Assembly: GCA_965262505.1 (NCBI GenBank)
Contig: CBDHFM010000030.1
Coordinates: forward strand, 2,528,088-2,592,087
Source: Vicinamibacterales bacterium
GTDB taxonomy: Bacteria; Acidobacteriota; Vicinamibacteria; Vicinamibacterales; UBA2999
Reading direction: 5' to 3'
DNA: 64,000 nt
Under the pieces are notes generated by a model, which saw only the letters and a program-made list of their open reading frames with translations, ran no database searches and was not told where the DNA came from. This document shows, one piece after another, positions 35,733-45,786 of the stretch (position 1 is its first letter; each line of letters opens with the position of its first letter). Position numbers and translations under genes: made by a program.

Positions 35733-37199
35733 CAGCCCGTGGTTAAAGGTCGCCTTCTGACGCGCCAACAGGTAGCAGCTCGAAACGATGATTCGGCGTA
35801 AAAACGGACGCCTGATCGTCGGATGGCGTGTGGTGGTCGCGCCAGCGGCGCTCCACGCGCGTCCACAGCGCAATGACGAGCGCCACAATCGTCGCCAGGT
35901 GGCCCTGCAGGCTCCGCGGCGTGCCGACGCCGACGAGCGACCGCATCAAGAGGCCCAGATTGAAGCCGCCGATATGGACGAGTAAACGTTTCAGGATGTT
36001 GGTGTGCCCTCGCAGATGCGTGCGCCGCATCCCACCGGTTTCAGAGAGATGCGCATTCGGTCGTTCGAGATACTCACTCCGTCGACGCGACAAGGCCAAC
36101 CCACGCACGCCCCGGATGCGTCGACGATTCGCGTACACCGCGTCGCGCGCCGCCGCCTGGTGCGTCCAGTTGCGCCGGCCGCGATCGGGCTCCGCGATAG
36201 AGGTCCGCAGGTCGAGTGTCGCGAGATCCACCAGCGTCTGATTACTGTGGTATCCCTTGTCGGCCACGACCTCGTCGATGATCGCCGTGTGCCCGTCGGT
36301 CGCCACCGCCACGGCTTCGAGCTCTTCGGCCGTCGTGGTGACCGTCTCCGCGATCGTCGTCGTATCGCCCTGATCGGCGCCCTGCACCGTCACGCCCACG
36401 ATCGCCCCAGTCTCCAGGTCGACGGCGTGCTCAGCCTTGTGGGCCAGATGCGTACGCCCGTCCTTCATTTTCGTGATCCGCGCATCAGGGTCGTGTGGAT
36501 GCCGCCAGTCGGTATTGCAGCCCTTCTTCGGGCGCTTGCGATCAAGGCGCGCTAAGTCCGCCCGTGTCGGCGTCTCGATGCCCGAGGCCTGTGCGAGCCG
36601 CGTCAAGAACTCCTGATACGTCTCGCCGGAGTCGCGGCGCACGATGCTCCGCAAGGCGGCATTGGCTTCGAGGGTCGTGGCATCGATCCCGATCGTCTTG
36701 CCCTTCACGCGATCGGCCGTCGCCAGCACCTGCAGGATCCACGTGAAGACCGCCCGGTGCGTCTCGAGGTCGATCAGCCGCCGCGTCCGGGAGATCGTCG
36801 AGTGCTCGGGTGTCGCCTCATCGAGGCCCAACCCGAGAAAGCCGCGCAGCGCCAGCGAGTCGGCAGTCCGCCAGGCGATCCCACGCTCCGAATCGATGCC
36901 CTCGAAGTACCCGATCAAGAGCAGCCGGAAATAGGTCCCCGGCAGCAAACTGGGACGGCCGACCGTCGCGGCGTAGAACGGGGCGCACTGCGCCTCGACG
37001 CACGCGTCGAACGCGTGCGTGTCCAGGACCTGATTTAGCCGCTGATAGAACGGATGCCCGCCCGTGACCGGCAACGCGTTCGTCGCGATCCACAATCCGG
37101 GTGTCCGTGCCCGGTCCTTACGTCGACTCATGGCCATGCGGGAGTGTAGTACGCGGGATCAGTCGTGTCGATCCCTTTCGGCCCTTTAACCACAGGCTG
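35733..37199 (-). mobile_element. IS1182-like (IS5 superfamily) insertion sequence, type a, 1467 bp
   Basis: Terminal inverted repeats CAGCCCGTGGTTAAAGG (35733..) and the reverse complement of CCTTTAACCACAGGCTG (..37199). Flanked by CTAG at 35729-32 and 37200-03. Confidence 0.85.
35743..37137 (-). CDS. IS1182-like DDE transposase
   Basis: 464 aa. GHPFYQRLNQVLD, GRPSLLPGTYFRLLLIGYFEGIDSERGIAWR, IGIDATTLEANAALRSIVRRD and DKGYHSN blocks. Confidence 0.85.
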   Translation of the reverse strand: MAMSRRKDRARTPGLWIATNALPVTGGHPFYQRLNQVLDTHAFDACVEAQCAPFYAATVGRPSLLPGTYFRLLLIGYFEGIDSERGIAWRTADSLALRGFLGLGLDEATPEHSTISRTRRLIDLETHRAVFTWILQVLATADRVKGKTIGIDATTLEANAALRSIVRRDSGETYQEFLTRLAQASGIETPTRADLARLDRKRPKKGCNTDWRHPHDPDARITKMKDGRTHLAHKAEHAVDLETGAIVGVTVQGADQGDTTTIAETVTTTAEELEAVAVATDGHTAIIDEVVADKGYHSNQTLVDLATLDLRTSIAEPDRGRRNWTHQAAARDAVYANRRRIRGVRGLALSRRRSEYLERPNAHLSETGGMRRTHLRGHTNILKRLLVHIGGFNLGLLMRSLVGVGTPRSLQGHLATIVALVIALWTRVERRWRDHHTPSDDQASVFTPNHRFELLPVGASEGDL

Positions 37200-37306
37200 C
37201 TAGGCGGCGCCGTGACAAACGTCAGTATTTGCGGCATGGTTGTGGCAGTTACCTATATGGATGGATGTGACGACGGATACGGGCGGGGCACAGCGCCACG
37301 GGCCCC

Positions 37307-38188
37307 GTGGGCTGGATGCCAGGGCGCGCGGCCCGCTTGGCCTCGGATGACGCGATGACGTCGCCTGTCCGCGCCCTTGACGTCCTTCGGGTCAGTGTCC
37401 CCCCGAGCGCCCGGACCAGCGCGCGCCGGCAGGACATCGCCGCCGTCGAGGAGCCGCTCGAGATTCGCCTGCAGGGATCGCCGTTCATCGTCACGATGCG
37501 GACGCCGGGCGCCGATCGGGAGTTGGCAGCGGGGCTCCTGCTGTCGGAGCGCATCATCACCGATACCGATGACCTTGGCACGATTCGCCACTGCACCGAT
37601 GTAGACGCGGGCGCGGAAGGCAACGTGCTCGACGTGACGTTCGTCGGGGCGGCCAGGGACCGGGCTGACGCCGCGCTCGCGGCGCGGCGCCCCGTGACCA
37701 CGACCAGTGCCTGTGGCGTGTGCGGCCGCCGGTCGATTGACGATCTGGTCAGCGGCATCCCGCGCATCGGTGCGGACTGGCCGATGTCCGCGGCGACGGT
37801 CGCGACGTTGCCGGAGTGCCTGCGCGCGGCGCAGGCCGTCTTTGACGAAACCGGCGGCCTGCACGCGGCGGGCCTCTTCGACCGCGATGGCCTCCTGGTG
37901 GCCGTGGCCGAAGACGTGGGACGGCACAACACGGTCGACAAGGTCATCGGCGCGCAGTTGCTCGCCGAGCGGTGCCCGCTCGGTGACCGTGCGCTGCTGG
38001 TCAGCGGCCGCGCGTCGTTCGAGATCGTCCAGAAGGCCACGGTCGCCGGTATTCCGATCGTGGCGGCGGTATCAGCCCCGTCCAGCCTGGCCGTCGAGTT
38101 GGCACGCGAGGGGAACGTGACATTGCTGGGGTTCGTCCGGGGAGACACCTTTAACATCTACACCGGCGACCACCGCATCGCGCTGTAG
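37307..38188 (+). CDS. fdhD: Formate dehydrogenase accessory sulfurtransferase FdhD
   Basis: TSACGVCGRRSIDDL, GGLHAAGLF, EDVGRHNTVDKVIGA, SGRASFEIVQKA and AAVSAPSSLAVELA are FdhD hallmarks. The start may be the internal ATG at 37355. Confidence 0.85.
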   Translation: MGWMPGRAARLASDDAMTSPVRALDVLRVSVPPSARTSARRQDIAAVEEPLEIRLQGSPFIVTMRTPGADRELAAGLLLSERIITDTDDLGTIRHCTDVDAGAEGNVLDVTFVGAARDRADAALAARRPVTTTSACGVCGRRSIDDLVSGIPRIGADWPMSAATVATLPECLRAAQAVFDETGGLHAAGLFDRDGLLVAVAEDVGRHNTVDKVIGAQLLAERCPLGDRALLVSGRASFEIVQKATVAGIPIVAAVSAPSSLAVELAREGNVTLLGFVRGDTFNIYTGDHRIAL

Positions 38189-38246
38189 CCGGACCACAGC
38201 CCATCCACGTCAGTCGAGATTCTCTGATGTAAGCTCGTTGCAGAGC

Positions 38247-38930
38247 ATGCGCATCCTGGTCGTCGAAGACGAGCAGAAAGTCGCCAACGCCCTGCGTGAA
38301 GGGCTCGAGGGCGAGCGATACGACGTTCTTGTCGAGCGCACGGGAGAAGGCGCGTTCTTTCGCATTACCACCGAGCAGTTCGACGCCATTCTTCTCGACC
38401 TGACGCTGCCGGGTCGCGACGGCCTGGAAATCCTCAAGGCCATGCGGGAACGGGGCATCAAGACCCCGGTGCTCGTACTGACCGCGCGAGATACGCTGCA
38501 GGATCGCGTCGTCGGGCTCGACTCCGGCGCCGACGATTACCTCGTCAAGCCGTTTGCCTTTACTGAGCTGCTCGCGCGCCTTCGCGCGCTCGTGCGCCGC
38601 GGCCGCGCGGCCGAGACGCCCCGGCTTGCCGCGGGGGATCTCGACGTGCACCTGATCACGCGCGAGGTGACGCGCGGTGGCCGCCGTGTCGATCTGACCG
38701 TCCGCGAATTCGAGTTGCTCGAATATCTGCTGCGCCACCAGGGGCAAGTCGTCTCCCGCGAAACCCTCGCCCGCGACGTCTGGAAGGAGACGGCGCGAAC
38801 GACGCCGCTCGATAATGTCATCGACGTCCACATCGCGCGGCTGCGTCGAAAGGTCGACGCCGACCAGGCGGCGAAGTTGATTCATACCGTGCGCGGCGTC
38901 GGATTCGTTCTCCGAGAGGGTGAGCCATGA
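38247..38930 (+). CDS. OmpR-family response regulator (CusR/heavy-metal type)
   Basis: MRILVVEDEQKVANAL..ILLDLTLPGRDGLE..DDYLVKPFAFTELLARLRAL, then a winged-helix C-terminus. An alternative TTG start lies at 38238. Confidence 0.85.
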   Translation: MRILVVEDEQKVANALREGLEGERYDVLVERTGEGAFFRITTEQFDAILLDLTLPGRDGLEILKAMRERGIKTPVLVLTARDTLQDRVVGLDSGADDYLVKPFAFTELLARLRALVRRGRAAETPRLAAGDLDVHLITREVTRGGRRVDLTVREFELLEYLLRHQGQVVSRETLARDVWKETARTTPLDNVIDVHIARLRRKVDADQAAKLIHTVRGVGFVLREGEP

Positions 38931-40330
38931 GGCGCTGGTGGCGGTCGCACAGCGTCCGCGTCAGGCTCACTCTGTGGTATCTCGCCGCGATGGTCATCGT
39001 CCTTGGCCTGTACGCGGCGCTGGTGGTCGCCTTCGTCAGCCGCAATGCCTCGGAGACGCTCGACGGGCGGCTCCGCGGTGACTTTCAGTGGGCCGCGGCG
39101 ATGGTGGACCAGACGCCTGACGGGGGCATTACCTGGTACGAGAGCCTCACCGAGGAGGAGAGCCCCTGGCTGCAGGTCTGGAGCCCGGAAGGCGAACTGC
39201 TGTACGAGAACTTCGAGGCGCGGCGCCGACCGGTGCCCGAGGCCCGCGATCTGGCGCTGCGACCCGACGATAGCCTCGTCGCGGTCCCGTCCGACGCGGC
39301 GGCGGTGCGCGTGCTCACCCGGCGCGGTCGCATCGGGTCGAAGGCGGTCATCATTCAGGTTGCTCGATCCGAGGCCACGATGCGCCAGGAGCTCCGGCAG
39401 CTCGTGCTCATCTTCGTGCTCGGCCTTCCGGTCGCCGTCGCCGTGGCAGGCCTGGGCGGATACACGTTGGCACGCCGCGCGCTGCTGCCCGTTGAGCGCA
39501 TGACCGAGCGTGCGCGCTCGATCACAGCGGAGCGGTTGAGCGATCGGCTGCCGGTTGATAACCCGGATGACGAGATGGGACGCCTGGCGGCCGTCTTCAA
39601 CGGGACCCTGGGACGGCTGGAGTCGTCGTTCGAACAGATGCGGCAGTTCACGGCGGACGTGTCACACGAGCTGCGGACGCCGCTGACCGCCATCCGCAGC
39701 GTGGGGGAAGTCGGCGTTCGCGAACACCGCGATGAGGTCGCGTACCGCGGCATTATCGGCAGCATGCTCGAGGAAGCCGATCGGCTGGCCAGCCTCGTCG
39801 ATCGGCTGCTGACGCTCTCGCGATCTGAAACGGGCCAGGCCAAGCTATCGCTTGACGTGTTTGATCTGGCCAAGCTGGCGGAGGAGGTTGCCGGGCATCT
39901 CGAGGTGCTGGCCGAGGAACGACGCCAGTCGATCGTGGTTGAGCGCATCGGGACGCCGCAGGCGTACGCGGATCGCGTGGTCGTGCGTCAGGCGCTCATC
40001 AATCTCGTGGACAACGCGATCAAGTTCAGCCCGGTGGACGGCCGCGTTCTGATCCGCGTGGCCGAGGACGCGGGCGCGGCAACGCTCGACGTCGTTGACA
40101 GCGGCGCCGGCGTCGACGCCGCGGCCCGGGATCGAATCTTCGACCGGTTCTATCGCGCCGCCAAGGTCCCCGCTGGCGCAACAGGCGCCGGGCTGGGCCT
40201 CTCGATTGCCAGGGGCGCCGTGGAAGCCAGTGGCGGCCGGCTGACGCTGGCGGCGTCCGGCGCCGACGGCAGCACGTTTCGCATTGCGCTCCCCGGTCCC
40301 GCGCGTACCCTCCGCCGGGCGGCGGGATAG
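38927..40330 (+). CDS. Sensor histidine kinase (CusS/heavy-metal-sensor type)
   Basis: ATGA overlap with the regulator. Two TM segments, HAMP, H-box FTADVSHELRTPLTAI, and an ATPase domain (DSGAGV..GAGLGLSIA). Confidence 0.85.
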   Translation: MRRWWRSHSVRVRLTLWYLAAMVIVLGLYAALVVAFVSRNASETLDGRLRGDFQWAAAMVDQTPDGGITWYESLTEEESPWLQVWSPEGELLYENFEARRRPVPEARDLALRPDDSLVAVPSDAAAVRVLTRRGRIGSKAVIIQVARSEATMRQELRQLVLIFVLGLPVAVAVAGLGGYTLARRALLPVERMTERARSITAERLSDRLPVDNPDDEMGRLAAVFNGTLGRLESSFEQMRQFTADVSHELRTPLTAIRSVGEVGVREHRDEVAYRGIIGSMLEEADRLASLVDRLLTLSRSETGQAKLSLDVFDLAKLAEEVAGHLEVLAEERRQSIVVERIGTPQAYADRVVVRQALINLVDNAIKFSPVDGRVLIRVAEDAGAATLDVVDSGAGVDAAARDRIFDRFYRAAKVPAGATGAGLGLSIARGAVEASGGRLTLAASGADGSTFRIALPGPARTLRRAAG

Positions 40331-40460
40331 CGGTGGATCGCCAGGGCAGCGGGGCGCGTCGGCGTCGATCACGTGAGGCGCGGGTCAGGCAATTGAGGTA
40401 GAACTGCGTCAAGATCATTGATACACTCGGCCTGAAATCCGGCAAGAAAAGGTTAAACGT

Positions 40461-41060
40461 ATGTCGCTCTCCCGGCGAAACTTCATCAAGGGTGTCATAG
40501 GCGGCGGCGCGGCCGCCGCCTCCGCCGGCTACCTGTTTCGGGCCGGCGGTTCGCTGCTCGGCCAGTCGTCGGCTCCGGGATCCGTCGAGCGCCTGATCAC
40601 GCTGAGCGTGAACGGGCAGACCCGGCGCGTGGACGCCATGAAGCAGGAAACGCTGGCCATGACGCTCCGCTACAAGCTGGGGCTCACCGGAACCAAGCTT
40701 GGCTGCGATCGGGCCGAATGCGGCGCCTGCACGGTGACCATTGACGATGTGCCGCATTACTCCTGTTCGGTGTTGACGCACAGCGTGCGCGGCCGGCGGG
40801 TCGTGACCATCGAAGGTCTGGCCGCTCCGGGCGGCGAGCTCCATCCGATACAGCAGGGCGTCGTCGACGAGCAGGGGTTCCAGTGCGCGTTCTGTCTGCC
40901 CGGCTTCGTGATGGCCGCGATGGGGTTTCTGAAAACGAACCCGAATCCGACGCGCGAGGAGCTGGCCCACGGCGTGTCCGGAAACCTGTGTCGGTGCCAG
41001 GACTACGACAAGATCTTGACGGCGCTGATGCGCGGCGCTGAATACATGAGGAGGGCGTAA
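40461..41060 (+). CDS. (2Fe-2S)-binding subunit of an XDH-family enzyme with Tat signal (PaoA/CoxS-like)
   Basis: MSLSRRNFIKGVIGGGAAAASAG (twin-arginine motif); GCDRAECGACTV and FQCAFCLPG..CRCQDY clusters. Confidence 0.85.
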   Translation: MSLSRRNFIKGVIGGGAAAASAGYLFRAGGSLLGQSSAPGSVERLITLSVNGQTRRVDAMKQETLAMTLRYKLGLTGTKLGCDRAECGACTVTIDDVPHYSCSVLTHSVRGRRVVTIEGLAAPGGELHPIQQGVVDEQGFQCAFCLPGFVMAAMGFLKTNPNPTREELAHGVSGNLCRCQDYDKILTALMRGAEYMRRA

Positions 41061-41062
41061 TC

Positions 41063-43489
41063 GTGGCTGAGAAACTCGTCGGCCAGAACTATACGCCTGC
41101 CGACCACGTCGCGAAGGTCACCGGACGGGCGCGGTACGCGGAGGACTTCCGGGCCGACGGGATGTTGTTCACCAAGCTCCTGCTCAGCCCGATGCCGCAC
41201 GCGCGCGTACGGGGCGTCGATGCGGCGGCGGCGCTCGCGATGCCTGGTGTCCGGGCGATCCTCAGGGCCGAGGATCTGCCCGACCTTGGCGGTGGGGAAC
41301 GCGCGTTGACCGATGAGCCGCTCTATGCCGGCGAGCCGATTCTCGCGGTGGCCGCCGTCGATGAGTTGACGGCGGCCGAGGCGGTCGAACGGATCGAAGT
41401 CGATCTCGAGCCGCTGCCGTTTGTCACCGATCCGCTCGAAAGCCTCCGGCCCGACGGACCGAGTGCGCGGCTGGAGGGGAACGCGTGGGGCGCACCCGTG
41501 CCGGGTGAAGGATCGGCGCTCGAGACGATCAAGTGGACGGCGGAGGATTTCGACGACGAGGCGTTGGGACGCTTGCCGATGGGCCGGCCGCTCGAGGAGT
41601 GGTCCTACGGCGATCTCGATGCGGGATTCGCCGACGCGGCGCTCGTGCTCGACGAGACGTTCGTCGCGCAGTCGACCTGCCACCACACCATGGAAACGCG
41701 CAGCGCGATGGCGTACTGGCAGAACGGGAGGCTCTTCATCCACGCCACGACGCAGAGCGTCGCGCGGACGCGAGGCAATATCGCGCGCTGGGTTGGGATC
41801 GATCCGGAGCAGGTCGTGCTGATCTCCGAGTACACGGGCGGCGGGTTCGGTAGCAGGGGCGGCGGCGCTGTGTCGTCGACGATTCCGGCGCTGCTGTCGA
41901 GGAAGGCCAACGCGCCCGTGATGATGCGGATCACTCGCGAAGAGGAAAGCTACATCGGCCGTGTCCGGACGAACATGACCGGCCGTGCCAGGATCGGGTT
42001 CGCCAGCGACGGCCGCATCACCGCCCTGGACCTCTTCATCGTCCAGGACACCGGTCCGTACGGACCGTACGGCGATCATCGATCCGCCGGTCGGGCGGCG
42101 TCGTTGATTTACCAGCCGCCGGCGATGCGCTGGCGTGCCGTCAACGTCCTGACCAACACGCCGCCCAAGTCGCAGCAGCGGTCGCCGGGAGAAATGCAGG
42201 GCAACGCCATCATCGAGCCGGTGATCACGAAGGCGGCCAAGCAGCTCGGGATCGATCAGGTCGTGATTCGCCGGCTCAACGCGCCGGAAGGGAAAGCGCC
42301 CTTGGGCCCTCCGCGCCAGGACGGCCAGCTGGGCTACGTGACGAGCGCGTTCGTGAAGGAGGCGCTGGATAGTGGCGCGGAACGCTTCAACTGGGACGGG
42401 CGGAAAGCTCGTGCCGGCCAGCGGCAGGGCTCGAAAGTGCGGGGCGTCGGCGTTGCCGTCGGCACCCACGGGGCGGGGTCGACCGACTATGACAGCATCA
42501 TGACGATCCGCCCCGACGGCAGGCTCTACGTGCAGTCGGGCGTTGGCAATCTCGGAACGCACTCCCTCATGGATATGGCCCGTGTCGCGGCCGAAGTCCT
42601 CGACATGCCGTGGGAGAAAGTGGAGGTCGTCTGGGGTGATACGGGGAAGCATCTCCCCTGGACGTGTATGTCGGTCGGCAGCCAGACGACGCATGCCATG
42701 ACACGCGCCAACCATGCGGGCGCGATGGACGCGCGGCGGAAGCTCCAGGAAATTGCCGCGCGCGATCTGGGCGGTTCGGCGGACGACTACGAGATCGGCG
42801 GCGAGCGTGTGTTCCGCCGAGGGAATGCGGCGCAGGGCTTGAGCTACGCGCAGGCGGCCCGGCGGGCCATCGAGCTGGGGGGGCCGTACGACGGCCACCA
42901 ACTGCCCGATGACATCAACGAGATGACGCAGGCGTCGGCAGCGGCGCTGGCCGGTCTTGGCCTGATGGGCGTGGCGAGGGACAACTATCCACGCGATGGT
43001 TCCACCTTTTCCTTTGTCGCCGGCTTTGCCGAGGTGGAGGTTGACGTCGAAACGGGGGCGGTCACGCTCGTCGACTTCCTCGGCATGGGCGACGCAGGGA
43101 CCGTCGTCAATCCGCGAAGCCTGATCGCGCAGATCAACGGCGGTTGCTGTCTCGGTATCGCGCACGCGCTGTTCCAGAAGGCGGTGGTCGACCCACGCTA
43201 CGGCGTGTCGCTCGGCGACCGGTTCCACTACAGCAAGCCGCTGACGATTCTCGACGTGCCGGCCCGCCTGCAGGCCGACGCGGTCGGTCTGCCGGATCCC
43301 GAAACGCCCATCGGCGCCCGGGGGATTGGTGAGCCGCCGGTCGGCGCCGGGTACGGCGCCGTGATGAACGCCATTGCCGATGCCGTGGGTGAAGACGTGT
43401 TCCGCCGCGCGCCCGTGACGGCCGACATCATTCTGATGTCGCTCGAACACGGACGGCGCATGCACGAGCCGCTGCGCGCGCACGTATAG
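41063..43489 (+). CDS. Molybdopterin-binding large subunit, xanthine dehydrogenase/aldehyde oxidase family (PaoC/CoxL-like)
   Basis: 808 aa. KVTGRARYAEDF N-terminal a/b-hammerhead start; GGGFGSRG and later GIGEPPVGAG motifs. Confidence 0.85.
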   Translation: MAEKLVGQNYTPADHVAKVTGRARYAEDFRADGMLFTKLLLSPMPHARVRGVDAAAALAMPGVRAILRAEDLPDLGGGERALTDEPLYAGEPILAVAAVDELTAAEAVERIEVDLEPLPFVTDPLESLRPDGPSARLEGNAWGAPVPGEGSALETIKWTAEDFDDEALGRLPMGRPLEEWSYGDLDAGFADAALVLDETFVAQSTCHHTMETRSAMAYWQNGRLFIHATTQSVARTRGNIARWVGIDPEQVVLISEYTGGGFGSRGGGAVSSTIPALLSRKANAPVMMRITREEESYIGRVRTNMTGRARIGFASDGRITALDLFIVQDTGPYGPYGDHRSAGRAASLIYQPPAMRWRAVNVLTNTPPKSQQRSPGEMQGNAIIEPVITKAAKQLGIDQVVIRRLNAPEGKAPLGPPRQDGQLGYVTSAFVKEALDSGAERFNWDGRKARAGQRQGSKVRGVGVAVGTHGAGSTDYDSIMTIRPDGRLYVQSGVGNLGTHSLMDMARVAAEVLDMPWEKVEVVWGDTGKHLPWTCMSVGSQTTHAMTRANHAGAMDARRKLQEIAARDLGGSADDYEIGGERVFRRGNAAQGLSYAQAARRAIELGGPYDGHQLPDDINEMTQASAAALAGLGLMGVARDNYPRDGSTFSFVAGFAEVEVDVETGAVTLVDFLGMGDAGTVVNPRSLIAQINGGCCLGIAHALFQKAVVDPRYGVSLGDRFHYSKPLTILDVPARLQADAVGLPDPETPIGARGIGEPPVGAGYGAVMNAIADAVGEDVFRRAPVTADIILMSLEHGRRMHEPLRAHV

Positions 43490-43520
43490 CGCGCGCATAG
43501 ATCGTTACGAGCGAGGAACC

Positions 43521-44552
43521 ATGGCCGTAATCCGAGACGTGATGCCCGCCTTCGAGCTGTTCCAGCCGGCGTCCATCGAGGACGCGCAGGCGGTGTTGGA
43601 TCGGTACGGGGCTGACGCGTTGGTGCTGGCGGGCGGCCTCGACAGCCTTGACTGGCTCAAGGATCGGATCAAGCGTCCCCAGGCGCTCGTCGACCTGTCC
43701 GGCATTTCCGAACTGAGGCGTATTCAGCCCTGGGAGGACGGCCTCGAGATCGGCGCGATGGCCACGCTCACCGAGGTCGTGCGTCATCCGGTCGTGGGTG
43801 AGCGGTACGGCATCCTGCTCGAGGCGGCGGAGGCGGCAGCGTCGCCGCAGATTCGCAACCAGGGCACGATCGGCGGCAACGTCTCTCAGGACACACGGTG
43901 CTGGTACTACCGCGCCGGGTGGCCCTGCTATCGGGCCGGCGGCAACATTTGCTATGCCGACGCGCCCGAGGCGATCAACCGGGAGCACGCAATTCTGGGC
44001 GCCGATCGCTGCGTGGCCGTCACCCCGTCCGACACCGCGCCGGCGCTGATCGCGCTGGACGCGCAGATGGTGATTCGCACCGCCGCCGGCCGCGAGCGGA
44101 TCGTGGCGGCCGAAGACTACTTCGTCGGGCCCGGCACCGACATCACACGGATGACGGTCCTCGAGCCGGGCGATCTGCTGACCGCGATTCGGCTGCCCGG
44201 TACGTGGGCGGGTGCGCGCTTCTATTTTGAGAAGGTGTCCGACCGCCAGGTGTGGGATTTCGCGCTCGTCAGCGTGGCATCGGCGATGGTGATGGCCGGT
44301 TCCGGGAGCGACAGCGCCATCGAGCGCATGCGCCTGGCCGTCGGCGGCGTGGCGGCGCGACCGCTGCGCCTGCAGGCTGTCGAGGAGCTGGTACGCGGCC
44401 GGCCGCGCAACGAGGCGACCGCTATGGTGGCTGCGAGCCTCGCGATCGAAGGCGCCCGGCCGCTGAGCTTCAACGCCTATAAAGTGCCGCTCATGCGCAA
44501 TCTGGTGAAGCGTGCGATCCGCGGCGCCGAGGCCGGCACGTGGACTTCCTGA
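43521..44552 (+). CDS. FAD-binding subunit, XDH family (PaoB/CoxM-like)
   Basis: 343 aa. ALVLAGGLDSLDWLK and QIRNQGTIGGNVSQ are FAD_binding_5 / CO-dehydrogenase flavoprotein motifs. Confidence 0.85.
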   Translation: MAVIRDVMPAFELFQPASIEDAQAVLDRYGADALVLAGGLDSLDWLKDRIKRPQALVDLSGISELRRIQPWEDGLEIGAMATLTEVVRHPVVGERYGILLEAAEAAASPQIRNQGTIGGNVSQDTRCWYYRAGWPCYRAGGNICYADAPEAINREHAILGADRCVAVTPSDTAPALIALDAQMVIRTAAGRERIVAAEDYFVGPGTDITRMTVLEPGDLLTAIRLPGTWAGARFYFEKVSDRQVWDFALVSVASAMVMAGSGSDSAIERMRLAVGGVAARPLRLQAVEELVRGRPRNEATAMVAASLAIEGARPLSFNAYKVPLMRNLVKRAIRGAEAGTWTS

Positions 44553-45364
44553 CCTGGGGCCGCGACCCCTGGGATCAGCCGATTCTCATCCACCTCTCCT
44601 GGGACCTGCTCTGGGCCTCGCTGTTTGCCGGTGTGGTGTTCCTCGTCGCGCATGCCAGCTACATGGTCCTTTCCGCCCACCGGAAGCGGCATGCTGACGA
44701 AACCGACGCGATGGAAGCGGCCCGCACGGATCTCCCGGATCGGATCATCCGTCATTCGCTGACCGCGCGCATTTTTCACTGGGTGATGGCGGCGACGATG
44801 TTCACGCTGCTCTTCACAGCGTTTCTGCCGATTGCGGGGATCCAGTTTGCCTGGGTGACCTGGCACTGGGCCGCCGGACTCGTGCTGACCGGCTTGATTC
44901 TCTTTCACGTCATCCACGCGACCGTATGGCTGGACTTCTGGTCGATCTGGGTTGGCCCGCGCGACATCCCCGAGCTGAAGGCGGAGGTGCTTCGCGAGCT
45001 GGGTCACGACGTGCCCGGTCCCAAGCCCGGGAAGTATCCGCTCGGCAACCGTCTCTATCACCTCGGGATCGTCGCGGCGGGGCTTTCGGTCGTGGCGACC
45101 GGCCTGTTCATGATGGTCCGCGTGCGGACCCCGTTCCTCACACGGAACCCGTACCTGTTCAGCGACGGCACATGGGGTGTCACGTACGTGCTGCACGGGA
45201 TGGCCGGCGTGGGGCTCGTTGGGCTCGTCATCGCGCACGTGTACTTCGCCGTGCGGCCCGACAAGTGGTGGATCACGAAGTCGATGATTCTCGGCTGGAT
45301 CACTCGGCGACAGTATCTCGAGCACCACGAGCCGGATCGGTGGGACGTCGCGCCGAACGACTGA
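44540..45364 (+). CDS. Membrane b-type cytochrome (PhsC/FdnI-like cytochrome b domain)
   Basis: The GTG start overlaps the FAD-subunit stop by 13 nt. Four to five TM segments with conserved His (RIFHWVMA, LILFHVIHA, VLHGMAG, VIAHVYFAVRP). Confidence 0.7.
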   Translation: MDFLTWGRDPWDQPILIHLSWDLLWASLFAGVVFLVAHASYMVLSAHRKRHADETDAMEAARTDLPDRIIRHSLTARIFHWVMAATMFTLLFTAFLPIAGIQFAWVTWHWAAGLVLTGLILFHVIHATVWLDFWSIWVGPRDIPELKAEVLRELGHDVPGPKPGKYPLGNRLYHLGIVAAGLSVVATGLFMMVRVRTPFLTRNPYLFSDGTWGVTYVLHGMAGVGLVGLVIAHVYFAVRPDKWWITKSMILGWITRRQYLEHHEPDRWDVAPND

Positions 45365-45366
45365 CC

Positions 45367-45786
45367 ATGCGCGAGGACCTGCAGCGACGCTGCGACACCA
45401 TCGAGGAAGCCTACGAATTCATGCTGGCCTACGCGGCCCAAGGGTTGTCTGGGGACGCCGCCAGCCAGTCGGGCGGCCAGTTGCGGGAGTTCCTGACGCG
45501 CGCCGCCGCCGCACTCACCGGTATCGGCGACGCCTTTGCCGCGCTCATCGAGGGCGAGCCGCTCGAGCCGGCGGCCCGCTATCGCGCCTACAGCGCCGTG
45601 CTCGACCGCGACGCTCGCGACAGTCTGGCGGCCGTCGAGCTGGTGCTCGCACAGCCCTCCATCAGCTCTCAGCTCATCGACAATCTCAACGTGTCGATCC
45701 ACCTGCGCGCGCTGCTGACCGACCTCTTCCTCATCGACGAACTCCTCAAGTCACAGCCCTCGGCCGCCCACGACGGATGTGCCTGA
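45367..45786 (+). CDS. Hypothetical helical protein
   Basis: 139 aa. The ATG lies 2 nt after the cytochrome b stop (MREDLQRRCDTIEEAYEFMLAYAAQG..). No motif recognised. Confidence 0.5.
   Translation: MREDLQRRCDTIEEAYEFMLAYAAQGLSGDAASQSGGQLREFLTRAAAALTGIGDAFAALIEGEPLEPAARYRAYSAVLDRDARDSLAAVELVLAQPSISSQLIDNLNVSIHLRALLTDLFLIDELLKSQPSAAHDGCA

Noticed and set aside
40331-40460. A possible Moco or other riboswitch upstream of the PaoABC-like operon, and a cobalamin riboswitch upstream of the radical SAM gene (14300-14380)
   Set aside because: I could not find the conserved cores of either riboswitch class by eye. The spacers are short and unstructured apart from weak local pairings. A covariance-model scan (Rfam/Infernal) would be needed to exclude them formally.
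41003-43498. An 831-aa ORF on the minus strand, antisense to the Mo-subunit gene
   Set aside because: This is a typical high-GC shadow ORF. Its composition is Arg/Pro/Gly/His-rich and low-complexity with no motifs, while the plus-strand frame carries clear XDH-family motifs. The same applies to 33102..35216 (+, 704 aa), 50611..52155 (-), 3615..4538 (-), 701..1378 (-), 7216..8115 (-) and other long antisense ORFs in the track.
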